Origin: Oceanispirochaeta sp.
GTDB lineage: Bacteria > Spirochaetota > Spirochaetia > DSM-2461
Assembly: GCA_963666275.2 (NCBI GenBank)
Contig: CAXXOA010000002.1
Location: 1,024,001 to 1,088,000, forward strand
DNA length: 64,000 nucleotides
Reading direction: 5' to 3'
Shown one piece after another: positions 61,527 through 64,000 of this stretch. The number at the start of each line of letters is the position of its first letter. Positions within the stretch are counted from its first letter, which is position 1. A program made the position numbers and the translations under genes. The notes beneath the pieces were generated by a model. It worked only from the letters and a program-made list of their open reading frames with translations, was not told the origin of the DNA and searched no databases.

Positions 61527-62954
61527 TCATTTGTTTCTCCCCTGACAGGACTTCGCTGCCAGGGGAAGGAACAGGGCGAATTCAGACCCTTCTCCCACCT
61601 GGGAGGATACTGTGATCGTCCCTTTGTGAGTCTCCAGCATATTATAGACTCCTGCCAGTCCCAGACCCGTCCCTTTGCCTTTTTCTTTGGTTGTGAAAAA
61701 GGGATTGAAAATCTTCTCTTTCACTTCAGGGGGGATCCCCTGGCCTGAATCTTTCACGGCTATCTTTGAAAAACATCCCGGCTGAACCGGCAGGAGTGTA
61801 TTCCGGCAGGATTCCCCGTCCAGTTCGACCACAGACACTGACACAGTGATTCTGCCACGGTCCGGCCCCATGGCGTCCCTGGCATTGAAGATCAGATTGA
61901 GAAGGGCATTCTGGAGCTGGGATTTCTCTCCTTTGACAATGCACTCCGCCCGGGGGATCTCCAGCTCCAGTGTCAGTTCCTGCTGGATAGATCTCCGGGC
62001 AAGAAGGATGGTATCTTCAATCACATCCGGAATATTCATGGGCCGGGAGTCAAACTCCTCTTTTCTGCAGAACGAAAGGAGCCGGGATGTCAGATCCTCC
62101 GCACTGTCCATTGCCTGGTATACGATATCAAGGAGATCCTGATTTTCCGGAGTATCTGATTTTTCCATCCTCATACGGAGCGTGTCAGTGGTACTTCTGA
62201 TTCCGGTGAGGATATTGTTCAGATCATGGGCCACCGTTCCCGCCAGCTGCCCCAGGGCGTCCATCTTCTGTGCCTGATTCAGCTGTTCCATCAGCGAGTT
62301 GTACCGGCTGATATCCTGGAATATGCTTATGATCCCCAGAGTCCGGTCCTGCGTGTCTTTGATCAGGGAGGATTTGACAAGCACCAGAGTCCTGCCCCCC
62401 TTCCTGGATTTCAGTAGGATTCCCCCGGGGTTGTCATCTCCGCCGCTGATAATGCGGTTCTGATTAAAAAGCTGTGATTGCCGGTCGGCCCTGTTCTGCA
62501 GTTTTATGACCTTGTGGCAGTCGGTTCCTTTCGCCTCCTCCCTGGACCATCCTGTCATCTCCTCCATAACCCTGTTCATGGACAGAATCCTGCCTACCGG
62601 ATCGGTGGTCATTATCCCGTCTTTCAGGGATTCAAATGAGGCTTCCATCCAGCTCTCATGGCGGGAAATGGTTTTGCGTTCCTCCTCTTTATTCCAGTTG
62701 TTAATAAAGAAAATAAAGATAGAGAGGTAAAGAACCTCTATCATATCCTCCATCGGATCCAGATAGTTGGTAATGCCCTGATGCTCCAGAAGGTTTGATA
62801 AGGAGGTTATAAGGTAGATGGAAACGGATAGCAGCAGAGGGATTTTTATACTGGTTCGGAGGGATTTGGCATTTTTATGAAGTATCAGTACCAGCATGCA
62901 GGAGAGGAGAAACACCGAGGAGAAAAAGCTCAGGACAGCAATATTGTTGATCAA
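61527..62954 (-). CDS. PAS-domain sensor histidine kinase (no receiver domain)
   Basis: 3 TM, PAS (DGIMTTD..GRI..MN), AHDLNNIL H-box, [30 protein letters not shown]. Confidence 0.93.
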   Translation of the reverse strand: MINNIAVLSFFSSVFLLSCMLVLILHKNAKSLRTSIKIPLLLSVSIYLITSLSNLLEHQGITNYLDPMEDMIEVLYLSIFIFFINNWNKEEERKTISRHESWMEASFESLKDGIMTTDPVGRILSMNRVMEEMTGWSREEAKGTDCHKVIKLQNRADRQSQLFNQNRIISGGDDNPGGILLKSRKGGRTLVLVKSSLIKDTQDRTLGIISIFQDISRYNSLMEQLNQAQKMDALGQLAGTVAHDLNNILTGIRSTTDTLRMRMEKSDTPENQDLLDIVYQAMDSAEDLTSRLLSFCRKEEFDSRPMNIPDVIEDTILLARRSIQQELTLELEIPRAECIVKGEKSQLQNALLNLIFNARDAMGPDRGRITVSVSVVELDGESCRNTLLPVQPGCFSKIAVKDSGQGIPPEVKEKIFNPFFTTKEKGKGTGLGLAGVYNMLETHKGTITVSSQVGEGSEFALFLPLAAKSCQGRNK

Positions 62955-62955
62955 T

Positions 62956-63222
62956 TCACGCTCCCGAGCCTTTTGTTATTCTGATAATCCCCAGTAGAGT
63001 GAAGATCGCTCCGCACAGCATCATGAAATGTTCCAGAAAATTCATGGTGCTATAGAGGTAAAAGGCTTCTGTCACAGTAAATATATTGGAAAGGAGAAAC
63101 GACAGATAGGCAAAAAAGAAAAAGAGCTTTCCCGGCAGATCTGCTTTTTGAAGCAGTATTCCGATAATAGGTAAGCCTGCGAGGAAGCTTATCATGACAA
63201 AAATTTCATTCGATACCTGCAT
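62956..63222 (-). CDS. Small 3-TM membrane protein co-transcribed with the kinase
   Basis: 88 aa, three hydrophobic segments; ends 1 nt before the kinase TTG. Confidence 0.7.
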   Translation of the reverse strand: MQVSNEIFVMISFLAGLPIIGILLQKADLPGKLFFFFAYLSFLLSNIFTVTEAFYLYSTMNFLEHFMMLCGAIFTLLGIIRITKGSGA

Positions 63223-63274
63223 ATACTCAGTTTAATCGATTTTTTTGCGGTTTTGTCCCGTCCGTATGGTATTT

Positions 63275-63811
63275 TTATGGGTTTTTGATGGTTCTCTCTT
63301 CTGCCTTCATAATATCCAGATTCTCCAGGAGCGAATAGAGCCGGGAACTGTCCAGTTCCTTCCGGTTCAGGAACAGATCTGCCCATTCCAGGATCAATCC
63401 ATACTCTTTCAGTTCTGACAGGTGGGGCCGTCTGGTCAGCCATTTCTGTAAAGAGAGTATTTCGGCCCGGTAGATTTTTCTGTCCATCAGAATGCCCTGT
63501 ATATAGCCCTGAAGCCGGAGAGTATCGCAGGTCAGAGGAGATCCATTCTCATCGGAGGCACCGAATTCGGTACAGAAATGCCTGATAAAAGCCACTTCCT
63601 CCTCTTTGAGGATATGACTGTGTGTAAAGGAATCTATAATGGCGAGAAGTTCGCTGACAGGATGATGCCTGATGGCTTCATAGTGCCGTGACTTCCAGTC
63701 TTTGAGCTTCTCCAGTTCCTTTTGATTGATGATTCCATCCGAGGATATTCCATAGAGAAGCCCTTCCAGGGTCAGAATTGCCCGGGCCAGTTCCGATGTC
63801 TCTTGTTCCAT
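63275..63811 (-). CDS. Hypothetical protein with two TerB-like helical repeats (start ATG 63811)
   Basis: Repeats LEGLLYGISSDGIINQKELEKLKDW and LQGYIQGILMDRKIYRAEILSLQKW; the ORF-track extension upstream is AT-rich intergenic sequence. Confidence 0.6.
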   Translation of the reverse strand: MEQETSELARAILTLEGLLYGISSDGIINQKELEKLKDWKSRHYEAIRHHPVSELLAIIDSFTHSHILKEEEVAFIRHFCTEFGASDENGSPLTCDTLRLQGYIQGILMDRKIYRAEILSLQKWLTRRPHLSELKEYGLILEWADLFLNRKELDSSRLYSLLENLDIMKAEERTIKNP

Positions 63812-63979
63812 ACTTATAATATAGCAAACCAGATCTCCGCAGGATACAAAAATCCTTGTTTTTAGTAAAAATATATCAATTAATGCTTGATTTGAAAGGG
63901 ATATTGAAATACAATCGAAAGCAAAAAGAAAGTTAATTGTAAAGCAATTAAAGGAAATATACAATTTAAGGAGAGGTCC

Positions 63980-64000
63980 ATGGCGGAAATTGTTGTCATG
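63980..64000 (+). CDS. Start of a gene running off the window (MAEIVVM...)
   Basis: Strong AAGGAGAGG RBS before ATG 63980; too short to assign. Confidence 0.6.

Noticed and set aside
62940..62970. Frameshift splitting one kinase gene in two
   Set aside because: The downstream part has its own GGGAG RBS and TTG start, so two genes is more parsimonious.

Overview
A 64 kb, gene-dense stretch of bacterial chromosome, most likely from an anaerobic, saccharolytic free-living spirochaete. That assignment is inferred from protein style (e.g. the 'VWSNGQSD' binding-protein leader) and is not proven. I found no rRNA, tRNA, CRISPR array, transposase or prophage. Left to right the window holds: feoB (partial) and feoA; a Cache-PAS-GGDEF-EAL protein; a degenerate ureohydrolase; a pirin-C protein; an MFS/LacI/ribokinase unit; kbl-tdh; a translationally coupled marR-hgcA-hgcB mercury-methylation operon; a GH1 beta-glucosidase with an AraC regulator; two CsgG-domain envelope proteins; a CLC protein with non-canonical motifs; a complete F-type ATP synthase operon (atpBEFHAGDC); DUF1007 plus a Ni/Co transporter; adenosine deaminase; an archaeal-type homocysteine synthesis triad; a YesMN-type system with a sugar ABC transporter and a diguanylate cyclase; a flavinylated lipoprotein reductase; a hexuronate locus (uxaBAC, FadR, membrane AraC, TRAP, esterase, two URO-D/MtaA-fold proteins, LarA-family epimerase); and a PAS histidine kinase. 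The best candidate for an undescribed system is the ATP synthase: its alpha subunit carries an in-frame ~220 aa C-terminal extension ending in a PTS EIIA-type domain with an intact phospho-acceptor AIPH motif, while epsilon lacks its inhibitory C-terminal hairpin. Second is hgcAB coupled to a Cys-rich MarR regulator with a 14-bp perfect inverted repeat upstream. All calls come from motif reading by eye; no database searches were run.
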